Positions 47,601-56,555 of a stretch of DNA of 64,000 bases are shown piece after piece. The stretch covers positions 67,566-131,565 of IMG/VR virus record IMGVR_UViG_3300021399_000117; one strand, 5' to 3'. Every line of letters starts with the position of its first letter. Positions within the stretch are counted from its first letter, which is position 1. The position numbers were made by a program, and so were the translations under genes. The DNA is from a virus. Lineage: Duplodnaviria > Caudoviricetes. The notes under the pieces were generated by a model, which saw nothing but the letters and a program-made list of their open reading frames with translations, did no database searches and was not told the DNA's origin.

Positions 47601-47752
47601 TAGTCGATATTCAATGCTACAAAACGTGAAGGTATTACATCATAGTTATCGTGTTGCACATAGCACTGTGTAAGGTCCTCACTGTATTGTGAGAACATCA
47701 TAACATTGCCTGTTTTCTTGGATAATGATCTGAAAAGATTACAAATAGCCAT
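44684..47752 (-). CDS. Large tail fibre/baseplate-associated protein with collagen-like segments
   Basis: DGKSAYEIAV..GYTGTEAEW motif, GTPGTPGAPG and GNRGETGPAG repeats; TTATTAT at 47778-47784. Confidence 0.7.
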   Translation of the reverse strand: MAICNLFRSLSKKTGNVMMFSQYSEDLTQCYVQHDNYDVIPSRFVALNIDYSTFKAPEGFVPSSPANPNTDIPTYLQNYFENGCAWMRGTKIGEDWEPTKWSPAVSTNLFWNALLQSKLIEYSTITVEGKNIHIIPQVKYVGDIDIHSYESRDGVGYSEVYCYIPNAAEGTQYEVTPGDNDSHYTDLKSYIEGYDDDLKSVTGALTPDINNPDYYYENPFYSIFTHQVKNAEYHAIPIMDGEQTKDSFEFNTIIVLYDVMVKDADANITTAYKNVPMAMFLTGLINTDGSVTNKVLKYSRSDDAYGAGTSYGLRLCTRYTVTANATTINNIELDVADQYAGFSRAMDAMAKSQSKMDDILEEIVKESSDIKDHLANFRNYRVNVPYVILINNVPYWFVNGRNTGVRAGGDGKSAYEIAVEQGYTGTEAEWIESLHGTPGTPGAPGSAGMAGNWWYHGTELNFPGADPNPDLHNFEHYGVAQRVGDLYINESTGDVYEYQSVNTVAKWVRVPDFTIKGNRGETGPAGVNGTNGADGNNTMCRDVCYLNNNQVGFIDDRSQKCKSGDLVIYTGFPNDQVKQYDLYVMTDETFRISVGASYKTCRVGRKQGNIKGAQITSMVPTETSTYTDILVTLSDGSTISYRINKTVHGDPQFSSFQRNYACWDNVVYHSQGNKLWVEIPYTVSEEYSGNNVTFKLIPVGVFGGAQAYQYIIRSGSCTRDICTSGYIEWTPDVTHTVDANTYARMKTKYDSHKRMAAIHLYITFDEYCNLTGQSYVGNGIVYASYDYDTVCDDNTSLKWIFEPKKSAVTVARHNLTCLGNDFGNGDISHDPNKLGSLSEIRNINEYIKGRHHPEAVKTLINLCSRAISQNANRGWEVVYPMYTDKDGTKVAPVVWIKWPTRTSQPSERWQDITGKSPSELTGAKGTKYVWRRDLKHDRNRYRVHTTDHFVDWTNLWKLFNKTKLRGSAANRKYKPYLEVALFDRPGSIGYLYRVIPDGLRIETDDDLRISFVGRVPYFKKTR

Positions 47753-47854
47753 AGTTTACGTCAATTTCTTATAAAATATAATAAGATGTCTTCCAAACCT
47801 TCTTGACTAAATCACGTGGTTCATTCCATTTATTATTGTATCAAAGTTATAACT

Positions 47855-49462
47855 ATGACAGAATATCAATTACAAATACTTCGTAATGCTGCTGTGATGG
47901 CCAATTATGACACTGCTATGGCTGTTCTGAACTCATATCAGTATCATCATGTCGGTCAACCATTGGCTGTGCGCTACTATGATTCCAATCAAAAGGTGGC
48001 TGTTCTTTTTGCGATAGGTAAGAAAGATTGTGAAGATGTCATTCCAGGTGAACCTAATTGTGGTCCAGACTTCTATGATATAATCAATCGCAATTCTAGC
48101 GCTGTCACCGCAGTCATGAAATGGCGTATCTTAGGAGGTTCTATCGATCAAGATGTTACTCACGCTTTGTACACAGGTCCACATAGTGATCTTACTGATA
48201 CAGACGCTGCGGATTTTGGGTTGGGTACTCTGGTATACTGTACTGATGGCATCATCGCTCGAGTAAAGAAACTGAAAGAATCAGAAACAGAAACCATCGA
48301 CGATTGGTACGATTTTTATGGTAGCGTAGGTGGTGAAACAACAGATGCTCATTGGGACCCTATTGCCGAAGGAGAGACTCAAGACATATCTTTCAAAGAA
48401 GGTACACAAAACGAATACGAAGGAGTCAACCATGATATCGGCGCGCTATACGTAACCAAAGAAGAGGACCGAGTAGATCGTCTATATAAAGGAGATAACC
48501 TACTGGGGGACGCCTATGTGTCATCAGAATCCGGTAGTGCTGTAGTATCTACTGATGTCGGTGGTATCAAATCAGGCACCACCCTGGATTCTATTATGAG
48601 TTCTACACAAGGTTCTGTAAGTAAAGTATTGGATATGATACTGTTCCCAGCTTATGCACCACGTTATGCCGGGCCTACTTGTACTATACTTAGACCAGCA
48701 TCTGCCAACATATTCATATACGATCTGTTACCGAGTATAGCAAGTAGTACAACATTTGCATATACGTATACATCATCTTCTTCAAGAGTTTACGGGGGTT
48801 CGAATACTGTGCAGAATACAAGAACTTATCCTGACGGAACTACTGATAATGCTGGGACTGAAGTCGTAGCTAATTCTGTAGGAAAGTACACTTATTCAGC
48901 AGTAGCGGATTTCTCACCAGGAACGGAATTGATCAAGGACACTAAAGGTAATCCCGCTCGTGGATGGGCTGATAACGATACTACTCTGGCATCGGCTACA
49001 CTTCATACAGAATATCTATCTGCTTCTGGGAATGGATATGTGGTAGGTGGAAGAAGAATCAACGCCACTGATAAGACCCTTACTGCTATTTATCCCATCT
49101 GGGTTGGTGCCAAAGGCCAATCTGAACCCACCAAGTTGAGTATTGGACAATCCTATGCTGCCCAAAATGGTGGAACAGAATATGTATTGAGCGAGGCTAC
49201 GGGAATGTCATCTGGTAATCCTAATCCAGACAACAGTTGGTATATAGATATTCCAACAGGTAAAAGACTAACCGTCATCTTACGTGCACTGGACGGTACG
49301 TACCCAGCTACTAATGCACAGCAGCTTTTGAAAATATCTACTAACGTGCCTAGTCGTTCATGGACAAGTTCAGCGCTGAATGATGTGCACATTATGATTG
49401 ACAGATATGTATATAACGGTCCTTCTTATTCAGGAGGTACACATAAAATAATTGTTTCGTAA
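47855..49462 (+). CDS. Hypothetical virion structural protein (S/T/G-rich)
   Basis: ATG at 47855; TTATTAT at 47830-47836; VGGIKSGT..LDMILFP motif. Confidence 0.6.
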   Translation: MTEYQLQILRNAAVMANYDTAMAVLNSYQYHHVGQPLAVRYYDSNQKVAVLFAIGKKDCEDVIPGEPNCGPDFYDIINRNSSAVTAVMKWRILGGSIDQDVTHALYTGPHSDLTDTDAADFGLGTLVYCTDGIIARVKKLKESETETIDDWYDFYGSVGGETTDAHWDPIAEGETQDISFKEGTQNEYEGVNHDIGALYVTKEEDRVDRLYKGDNLLGDAYVSSESGSAVVSTDVGGIKSGTTLDSIMSSTQGSVSKVLDMILFPAYAPRYAGPTCTILRPASANIFIYDLLPSIASSTTFAYTYTSSSSRVYGGSNTVQNTRTYPDGTTDNAGTEVVANSVGKYTYSAVADFSPGTELIKDTKGNPARGWADNDTTLASATLHTEYLSASGNGYVVGGRRINATDKTLTAIYPIWVGAKGQSEPTKLSIGQSYAAQNGGTEYVLSEATGMSSGNPNPDNSWYIDIPTGKRLTVILRALDGTYPATNAQQLLKISTNVPSRSWTSSALNDVHIMIDRYVYNGPSYSGGTHKIIVS

Positions 49463-49464
49463 TT

Positions 49465-50229
49465 ATGGCAGTAGCATCAAGTGATATGCCTATCAAACAA
49501 CTGATGGGTTCTACCTATTCCGCGGGTTTCGATCTTACTGCTCGAACACCAATCGATGGACGTTTAGGTGTTAAGACATTGGCTGATCTCACAGACGAAA
49601 GCGCTTGGAGGTCCAGATCACAGAAAGACGATCAGCATCCTGAATACTGGTTGTTCAACGGCATGTTTACATCAGTAGCCGAGACTGGCAAGATATATAT
49701 ATTAGTAGGAATCGATGAATCTAAACCAGCTACCTACTGGCCTAGTCCTGCTGGACCTGGAGAGATGACTACAGGACCCCGTTGGATGGAACTGGGAGGT
49801 GCGGATAACTTCTTACAAGAAGCGTCTATCGTTCTGGCAAAATACGGATATATCCCTGGTACAGACGCGCCTGGTTACTACGAAGAAGGTGATCCTGATT
49901 TTGATCACGTGTACTCGGATCCAGAATGTACTATTGAAGTATCTGCTTCCAAATATCTCAAGCTGGTAGTCAAAGAATCAGACGAGGTATCGGGATCTGT
50001 AAAGAAAATCCTATACTGCGATGTTTCTGATCTGGTCGGTAATGTTCAAACACTCACTATCCTAGCCAACGGGCAACTGGTTATGGAGTTCGATGGCAAT
50101 CGTGCCAAGACAATCAACTTCGTAGGTGCAGATAACGTCAATATTACCTCAATTTCTCCCAACTCAGGCACAGCAAATGTCAACCTAGTCTGGTTAGGAC
50201 TTGAACCTGCTCCTCATCCAGATAAATAA
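49465..50229 (+). CDS. Hypothetical virion structural protein
   Basis: PIDGR...GM..SV.E.GKIY motif typical of fibre-like domains; coupled to the previous gene. Confidence 0.55.
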   Translation: MAVASSDMPIKQLMGSTYSAGFDLTARTPIDGRLGVKTLADLTDESAWRSRSQKDDQHPEYWLFNGMFTSVAETGKIYILVGIDESKPATYWPSPAGPGEMTTGPRWMELGGADNFLQEASIVLAKYGYIPGTDAPGYYEEGDPDFDHVYSDPECTIEVSASKYLKLVVKESDEVSGSVKKILYCDVSDLVGNVQTLTILANGQLVMEFDGNRAKTINFVGADNVNITSISPNSGTANVNLVWLGLEPAPHPDK

Positions 50230-50243
50230 TGAAAACATAAAAC

Positions 50244-50270
50244 GAAAGAGGTGTGCACACCTCTTTCTTT
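50244..50270 (+). terminator. Intrinsic terminator
   Basis: GAAAGAGGTG-tgca-CACCTCTTTC-TTT. Confidence 0.7.
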
Positions 50271-50364
50271 GTCTTTTATACCCATAGCATCTCATTTTAT
50301 TTTGGGGTGCGGGGTACTTATTATAATTTATAAGAAAACTGAAATATAAATAAACGTATACAAA

Positions 50365-53151
50365 ATGAGTTTACCTAATTATTTAGCCAAGATAAAATCG
50401 TCTGGTATTTACCGCTTTGTATGGGACAAATCTCAAGTCACTGCTACCGAAGCAGAGACCTTGCGTCTTGTTGTAGGTTACTCTGAAAAGGGTCCTTTCA
50501 ATACTCCGGTATATATTGATAATCCAGGTGATTTTAAGACTACATTTGGTGACGTAAACAAGAAGTTGGAGAAACGTGGTGTGTTCTTCCATCGCATGGC
50601 TCTTCAGGCGCTTGCGGGAGGTCCTATACTCGCACTCAATATTAAAAAGTTCGGTAACGAACAGGTTGAGTATGTTGGTGGTAATGCTAGTGCCGCGTTC
50701 GACAATCCTGCAAAAGCCGCAGTAGAAAAGGTGTTCAACACCTCTCGCTTCTGGACGTTGGATCCTGATAGTCTACCAAGCAACCTTGGAACAGAGTACG
50801 GTAAGTATATCACTATCACATCCACCGACTCAAAAGATTCTTCAAATACCATATTCATGCGTGGTTACACTCCTTCTGGTTACGATGTAACTATCAAAAC
50901 CTGGTACTCAAGTAACACCAATGAAGAGATGCCAGCATACATGGAAGGATACGAAGATATGCTTTTGAGTGATTTCTTCGCTGAAATCTTTGTGTTCAAA
51001 GGCAAATTCACTCCTGCACTCGCTAAAACCGAGGAGCTCAAGAAATACTTTGACGTGATTGATGGTAAGGTAACATTAAAACCTTATCTGGTTAACGCTT
51101 TCGGTGAGAAAGTGGATACCCTTACCGCTCTTTCTGAAAATGAATGCAGCAACTTCGTTCAACGCTATCAAGGTATATTGATCCCTTACTTCAAAAACAT
51201 CAATGGGGCATACATTTCATTGGATCTATTGTTCAATGCAGACAATGATCTCCATAAAATGATGATGAAGCTCAACAGCGACTTCTTGGATGATGGAGGT
51301 TACTATGCAAGTGCTGCAGCTACTGACTTGACCCCATTCACCATGAAAGATATCACTACTCGCGGTTATGATAAGTTGACCGTGGATGATATTGCTAACG
51401 CAATCAAAGTGGCTGCTGGTGAGACTACCGAATACGCGTCACGTATCGACTTCATGAGCAACACCGCTATCATTCCTCACGTAGTAGTAGGTTCATACGG
51501 TACTGCTTGGTCATTCGTAGGTGACGACTATGTTACCACTCCAGACTTATACGTATACAATGCCAAGACTGCTGTGACAGCTGAAGGTGGTGTGTTCACA
51601 CTTGGTGTGGAGTTCAAAGATGCTGGACTAGCAGAGGGCGATCGTATCCTGGTTAAGGTGCCTGTTGATGAGAACAATTTCGCAGTCAAACTCGTTACCA
51701 TATCAGAAGTAATCGACGGTGCCGATAATGTCAAGATCGCTACAACCGACGAGAACGCTGAGCCTATCGTGATCACTTCACAGGTCGTTCCTCATGCAGA
51801 TGGTAAAGTATGTATCGCTGTCGACTGTGGAGATGTCAGTGAAGCCGTTGCAAATGCACTTGTATTGGATGGTGTTGCTGGTACTGCTGCTGGTGATTAT
51901 CGTTACTGGCTGGTGGAGCCTGCAGACGAAGTAACCATCACTGGTGATGCAGAATACCAAGCTACCATATCAGCGAATACAGATCATGCTATCAAGTATA
52001 CCGACAAAACAGATACCGATCTGCCTGTTATTGAACAAGACACAACAGTCATCGTTAAGGCTACACATATCCTAACCGAGGACATTGCTACGATGAGTCC
52101 ATTGTATCTCGAAGGTTATACCAAGGAGAACGAGAAACCTGCTAACAGTACCGTTGAGGCTAAGTTGAAATGGCAGAAGGAACACATCCTCGCAGCTATC
52201 AACACAGACAGCTCAATCGGCTACCCAGGATTGGTAGAGGCGTTGACAAACCGCAAAGATATCGATTACCGCTACATCGTGGATACATTCGAGTCATTCA
52301 TTGACGCTGAATTGAAGGCATCTCTTGCATTGCTCGCTAAGAAGAAAGACAACGCGGTACTGTTGACTAACTTCCCAGCTATCCAAACCTTTGTTAAGTC
52401 TACAGCATGTAAGTTCACAGATAAGAACGGTGCGTTCCAAATGAAGTATGTGAAAGAGGGTGGTAACCGTCAAAAAGGTGCAGCATTCTTCAGCCTGCCA
52501 TCCACCGACAACGGTGCATCCTGGTGTTCATTCAATACTCCGGTAGTATTCTCAGATGGTGTAGTAAAGACAACAGTTCCTGCTGCTGCGCTCGTTTCCA
52601 ACGACTTCATGGCAAAATACAGTGGACGCAAACCATACTATATTGTAGCTGGACCTAACTACGGACGTTTGTCATATCCAGGATTGGTTGGACCTGATTA
52701 CAACTTCAGCCTCGCTGATTTGAATATTCTCGAGCCAATGGGTGTGAACGCAACAGTATTCGTTCTACGTAAGGGTACGTTCATCAACAGCAACCAGACT
52801 GCTAAACAAACACCTGTTTCAGCATTGTCTAAACTTAATGTTCGAGAGTTGGTTATCTACTTGCAAGACCAAATCGAAGACTTGTTGCAGAATTACCAAT
52901 GGGAACTCAATACACAACCTCTCCGTGATCTTGTTAAGGCTAAAGCCGATACGATATGCCAGAACGTCAAAGCGAACGGTGGTATCTACGACTTTAACAA
53001 CCAGTGCGATGACAAGAACAATAACGAAGACGTCATCAACAACGAAATGTTCGTATTGAGCACAAGCATCGAACCTGGTATGGGTAGTGGAAAGATGGTT
53101 CAAGAGTTGACTATCTACAAGAAAGGTGGAATGCGTGCTGTTATCTATTAA
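50365..53151 (+). CDS. Contractile tail sheath protein
   Basis: SGIYRF..DKS, VGYSEKGPFNTPV, VPAAA..VAG, LNVREL, CDDKNN..VI; TTATTAT at 50318-50324. Confidence 0.9.
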   Translation: MSLPNYLAKIKSSGIYRFVWDKSQVTATEAETLRLVVGYSEKGPFNTPVYIDNPGDFKTTFGDVNKKLEKRGVFFHRMALQALAGGPILALNIKKFGNEQVEYVGGNASAAFDNPAKAAVEKVFNTSRFWTLDPDSLPSNLGTEYGKYITITSTDSKDSSNTIFMRGYTPSGYDVTIKTWYSSNTNEEMPAYMEGYEDMLLSDFFAEIFVFKGKFTPALAKTEELKKYFDVIDGKVTLKPYLVNAFGEKVDTLTALSENECSNFVQRYQGILIPYFKNINGAYISLDLLFNADNDLHKMMMKLNSDFLDDGGYYASAAATDLTPFTMKDITTRGYDKLTVDDIANAIKVAAGETTEYASRIDFMSNTAIIPHVVVGSYGTAWSFVGDDYVTTPDLYVYNAKTAVTAEGGVFTLGVEFKDAGLAEGDRILVKVPVDENNFAVKLVTISEVIDGADNVKIATTDENAEPIVITSQVVPHADGKVCIAVDCGDVSEAVANALVLDGVAGTAAGDYRYWLVEPADEVTITGDAEYQATISANTDHAIKYTDKTDTDLPVIEQDTTVIVKATHILTEDIATMSPLYLEGYTKENEKPANSTVEAKLKWQKEHILAAINTDSSIGYPGLVEALTNRKDIDYRYIVDTFESFIDAELKASLALLAKKKDNAVLLTNFPAIQTFVKSTACKFTDKNGAFQMKYVKEGGNRQKGAAFFSLPSTDNGASWCSFNTPVVFSDGVVKTTVPAAALVSNDFMAKYSGRKPYYIVAGPNYGRLSYPGLVGPDYNFSLADLNILEPMGVNATVFVLRKGTFINSNQTAKQTPVSALSKLNVRELVIYLQDQIEDLLQNYQWELNTQPLRDLVKAKADTICQNVKANGGIYDFNNQCDDKNNNEDVINNEMFVLSTSIEPGMGSGKMVQELTIYKKGGMRAVIY

Positions 53152-53174
53152 CGCATACATCCAAAATATAAAGG

Positions 53175-53244
53175 AAGAGGAAATCACTAACGAAGTCTTG
53201 AAAGCCTTGAGATTTCATTAAAGATTTCCTCTTTTTTTATATAT
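53175..53244 (+). promoter_or_regulatory. Class A promoter-hairpin cassette (long form with 28-nt dyad insert)
   Basis: AAGAGGAAATCAC-TAA-[cgaagtcttgaaagccttgagatttcat]-TAA-AGATTTCCTCTT, T run, then TATAT. Confidence 0.7.
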
Positions 53245-53272
53245 TTATATATAACTAATACTATATATCTAT

Positions 53273-53866
53273 ATGGAGATAAGAAAAGCAGCTGTGTTCT
53301 ACATTGAAGAGATTTCATCCAAACATAAAGCAGCACTGCGACAGCTACGTAAACTAGAAAATCGTTATGTTTTCTCATCTAATAGATGGAAGGCTGTGCA
53401 AATGGAGACTGAAGGTGAGTCATTCGGATCGGAAGAGAATAAAGCGCTTCGTACTAAGGTGTACGATGAGTTCGCTGCAGCTAAGTCCGCTTATCTGAAT
53501 CTCAAAAATCAGATAGAACAATACGAACTCTGGCTAGGTAACCACATCTATATGAATCGTCACGGATACACAGACATGCATCCTTATGAGGTGATACGTA
53601 TCGATACTCCGAAAAAGATGATTATTCGAGAAATGCTTGCGACAGAAACAGAAGAATCCAAGAAAAGACGTAAGGAAACTTTTGTGCCCACAGGATTTCT
53701 CGGAATCTCGGACAACGATGTTCAGGAATGGGATATTCGTTCACAAGACATATCCGATTTCGACTTCGCAGTACGCTTGCACGGTGACGGTTTCTGGTAC
53801 GATGCCAATGGTAATCGGTATACCATGTCCGACAAACCTATTAAGTTTTACGATTTTAATTTTTAA
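53273..53866 (+). CDS. Hypothetical protein
   Basis: 197 aa; YTDMHPYEVI...YDFNF pattern. Confidence 0.7.
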   Translation: MEIRKAAVFYIEEISSKHKAALRQLRKLENRYVFSSNRWKAVQMETEGESFGSEENKALRTKVYDEFAAAKSAYLNLKNQIEQYELWLGNHIYMNRHGYTDMHPYEVIRIDTPKKMIIREMLATETEESKKRRKETFVPTGFLGISDNDVQEWDIRSQDISDFDFAVRLHGDGFWYDANGNRYTMSDKPIKFYDFNF

Positions 53867-53870
53867 TCCT

Positions 53871-54416
53871 ATGCATCCAGTAACCATTTTAGACAAACAG
53901 TTCGAGCAATTCATTACACAGGATCAGATCACCACTGAGATACTCCGAATAACCACAGAGCTTCAGCACAAGTATCTTGTTGAGAAAGTGCCAGTATTCA
54001 TTGTGGTGACCAATGGTGCCATGCGATTTGCGTCAGACATACTTGGGCATTACAATGGCGTCTGTGAGGTGCGTTGTATCCGATTGTCCTCATACAATGG
54101 CGGTACAGAATCATCAGGTACCGTAAAAACAGTCTTCGGACTGGATGACAGTCTAAAAGAACGAGACGTGATAATCGTTGAAGACATCATCGACTCCGGC
54201 AAGACCATTCATGAACTGCGAGAGCAGCTGATAGAACTGGGTGTAGGAAGTATAGAAGTATGCACTGCATTATTTAAACCGGATGCCTGTGAGTACGATG
54301 ACGCCTATCCTGATTATTGGGGATTCGTTGTTGACAACCTCTTTGTAGTAGGATATGGGATGGACTACAAAGAACGAGGACGCAATCTAAATGGTATTTG
54401 GAAACTGAAAGCATAA
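53871..54416 (+). CDS. hpt: Hypoxanthine-guanine phosphoribosyltransferase
   Basis: SSYNG.T.SSG, IIVEDIIDSGKT, FVVGYGMDY..RGRNL; ATG at 53871. Confidence 0.92.
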   Translation: MHPVTILDKQFEQFITQDQITTEILRITTELQHKYLVEKVPVFIVVTNGAMRFASDILGHYNGVCEVRCIRLSSYNGGTESSGTVKTVFGLDDSLKERDVIIVEDIIDSGKTIHELREQLIELGVGSIEVCTALFKPDACEYDDAYPDYWGFVVDNLFVVGYGMDYKERGRNLNGIWKLKA

Positions 54417-54444
54417 AAAAAGGAACCCTCACGGTTCCTTTTTT
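54415..54444. terminator. Bidirectional terminator
   Basis: A7-GGAACC-ctcac-GGTTCC-T6 between convergent genes. Confidence 0.8.
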
Positions 54445-54450
54445 CGTTTA

Positions 54451-55470
54451 TTACCATTCCATCGTCTCATATAGGAACGTTGCCCATTCATTTAGTGCAG
54501 AAGCGATATACTTGGTATGACCTTTGATAGGGTCTCCTCCAGTCATACTGTTGTAGATCAGTTCTAGCGCATTGGACAATCGTTTGAGTCGTTCAATATT
54601 ACGCATTTGCGCTTGGTACTGGTCGTTGATACATCCACAATCTACAAAGTCACTTTGCCAAGCGGATGCAATCAGACTTAGGTTCATATGAACGATGTTA
54701 TCGATATACAACTTGAACTCCTGAATAAAATCACATTCGAATTGTGTCCAGAAATCGATCTCAGAGAATACTTCTACCATCTTGAGATAAATGTTCTTAC
54801 GATATATCCATAGTGGATTGCAGTTCGCCAAACCCTGAGCATACAGATTAGACAGATTTTGATTGCCTGCACATCCACACTGTGATGATCCCAAAGTCGT
54901 CGCTACTACTGATTGAGTAACACCAGCAGAAGAACCGGCACACCCACAGCCCGGTGTGTTGACTGTCGTCAAGGATAATGTCGTACTTCCAAACGTAGTC
55001 AGCGCAGCTACCACATCATTGTACATGCCACCAGCATAGTAGTCCAACATATGAGTGGTATCGTGGTCTAGTACTATATTAAATGACAGTATAGTCTGAG
55101 CTAGCCAGGTTCTGAACTTCTTTATCTGACTCCAAGTCAGTTCTTTAGACGGGCTAAAACTATTGAACGTGATATACTTATCTATGTCGTTAGCCACGTC
55201 AGTTAATACTGGATCGATAAACTCATCGATGTATTCATAAGGTAGAGTGGGATATGGGTCCAGTATACCAGATAGTCCCTTCTGAAGATCTTGACTGGCA
55301 CGGACAGCTTGAACAGCTGTCATGACTTCTAATGGAACACAATGAGTCCAGTTCAAACAATGTACATATCGACCTTTGAATTGCTCATTAAACAGTTCGC
55401 ATTGACCTTCTGACATCTCAGGTGCCATGGAAGGATCGATAATCTTATCCTGTAATTTAATTATATTCAT
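54451..55470 (-). CDS. Hypothetical Cys-motif protein (GCGC/CGC)
   Basis: 339-aa ORF in a late minus-strand pair. Confidence 0.75.
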   Translation of the reverse strand: MNIIKLQDKIIDPSMAPEMSEGQCELFNEQFKGRYVHCLNWTHCVPLEVMTAVQAVRASQDLQKGLSGILDPYPTLPYEYIDEFIDPVLTDVANDIDKYITFNSFSPSKELTWSQIKKFRTWLAQTILSFNIVLDHDTTHMLDYYAGGMYNDVVAALTTFGSTTLSLTTVNTPGCGCAGSSAGVTQSVVATTLGSSQCGCAGNQNLSNLYAQGLANCNPLWIYRKNIYLKMVEVFSEIDFWTQFECDFIQEFKLYIDNIVHMNLSLIASAWQSDFVDCGCINDQYQAQMRNIERLKRLSNALELIYNSMTGGDPIKGHTKYIASALNEWATFLYETMEW

Positions 55471-55484
55471 ATTCTTATATTATA

Positions 55485-56159
55485 TTATGCCTTGGCTATT
55501 GCCTGTTGATTTTTAGCTTTTTGTTCCTTCTGTTTTTTCTGGCGCTCTGCAATCTGATCTGCCTTGGCTTTAGCTTTCGCCTCGAGTTTGGCTTGCAGTT
55601 TCTTGGCTTCTTGTTCGGCTTTTTTCTTTGCTTTATCAGCTAATTTGTTCAATCCGGCAGTGACCTTGTCCAGGGTCTTTTGAACGAATCCGAATATCTT
55701 TTCGAGCACCCAGTTGATCTTATCTTCTATCCATTGAATAGAGTGGTGAGCAGCATCGGATACTATCTTCTGTCCTTCGTCAATATATGTTTGGACCTTT
55801 ATCATAGCATTATCCAAGGTCTTTTTGATCGTTTCGACTTTGGCCTTGTAGGTAGACGCTCTTTCTATCTCTTTCTGAAGTTTGGCTACAGTACCAGGCA
55901 TGGCTATTCTGGCGGTTACCAACGCTGTGCTGGCTGTGTTCAAAGTAGTATCATACGTCTGATACATGGTATCAATCACACTATATGTAGCAGAAAGAGG
56001 TGCAGTGATAACACTGATGGCAGTCGAAGCGGAATTGATCAACTGATCTGTAATGTCTTTGATGGTACCTGTGAACATAGATGCGTCCACCTTCGGTACT
56101 GTTATCGAAGGTATACTCGTCGCAAGACTAGGTGAGCTATTTATTGTTGGTGTGTCCAT
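55485..56159 (-). CDS. Hypothetical helical/coiled-coil protein with basic tail
   Basis: TTATTAT at 56167-56173 (minus). Confidence 0.75.
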   Translation of the reverse strand: MDTPTINSSPSLATSIPSITVPKVDASMFTGTIKDITDQLINSASTAISVITAPLSATYSVIDTMYQTYDTTLNTASTALVTARIAMPGTVAKLQKEIERASTYKAKVETIKKTLDNAMIKVQTYIDEGQKIVSDAAHHSIQWIEDKINWVLEKIFGFVQKTLDKVTAGLNKLADKAKKKAEQEAKKLQAKLEAKAKAKADQIAERQKKQKEQKAKNQQAIAKA

Positions 56160-56218
56160 TTTCTATATAATAACAGTTGCTGATATCTGTTTTTATTATA
56201 GAATAAAAAGACAACCCT

Positions 56219-56461
56219 ATGGTAATAGAAGGCAACATCACGAACAACGAACGCTTATATCGCAACTTCATGGCGATGGTTCAAGTATATAAAAAGGATG
56301 TCGACGATAAGAGTATTAAAGTGGCTAAAACATCTAAAGGCAACTGGAAGGTATTCGATTCCAACGGTCGAAAAATCTGCTTGGTCTCCAAGAATATCCT
56401 CACCGATGCTATGGTTGCAGAGTACAAACTCACAGAAATTGAGGACCCAGCTAATAAGTAA
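56219..56461 (+). CDS. Small hypothetical protein upstream of the capsid gene
   Basis: TTATTAT at 56193-56199. Confidence 0.65.
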   Translation: MVIEGNITNNERLYRNFMAMVQVYKKDVDDKSIKVAKTSKGNWKVFDSNGRKICLVSKNILTDAMVAEYKLTEIEDPANK

Positions 56462-56500
56462 CTCGTTGTATATCAACTCATTAACTTTGAAAAACTGATT

Positions 56501-56510
56501 TTATTATTAT
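56501..56510 (+). promoter_or_regulatory. Class B promoter motif of the major capsid gene
   Basis: TTATTATTAT upstream of the ATG at 56556. Confidence 0.6.
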
Positions 56511-56555
56511 AGAATCAGAAAGTTTAACCAACGAAAATAAATAAATATCAATAAA

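Noticed and set aside
53637-53870. Extended N-termini in the ORF track (53637 hpt; also 43467 queC, 43028, 27747, 23911, 20458, 9388, 6173)
   Set aside because: They overlap upstream genes; downstream ATGs match domain starts or leaders and were used instead.
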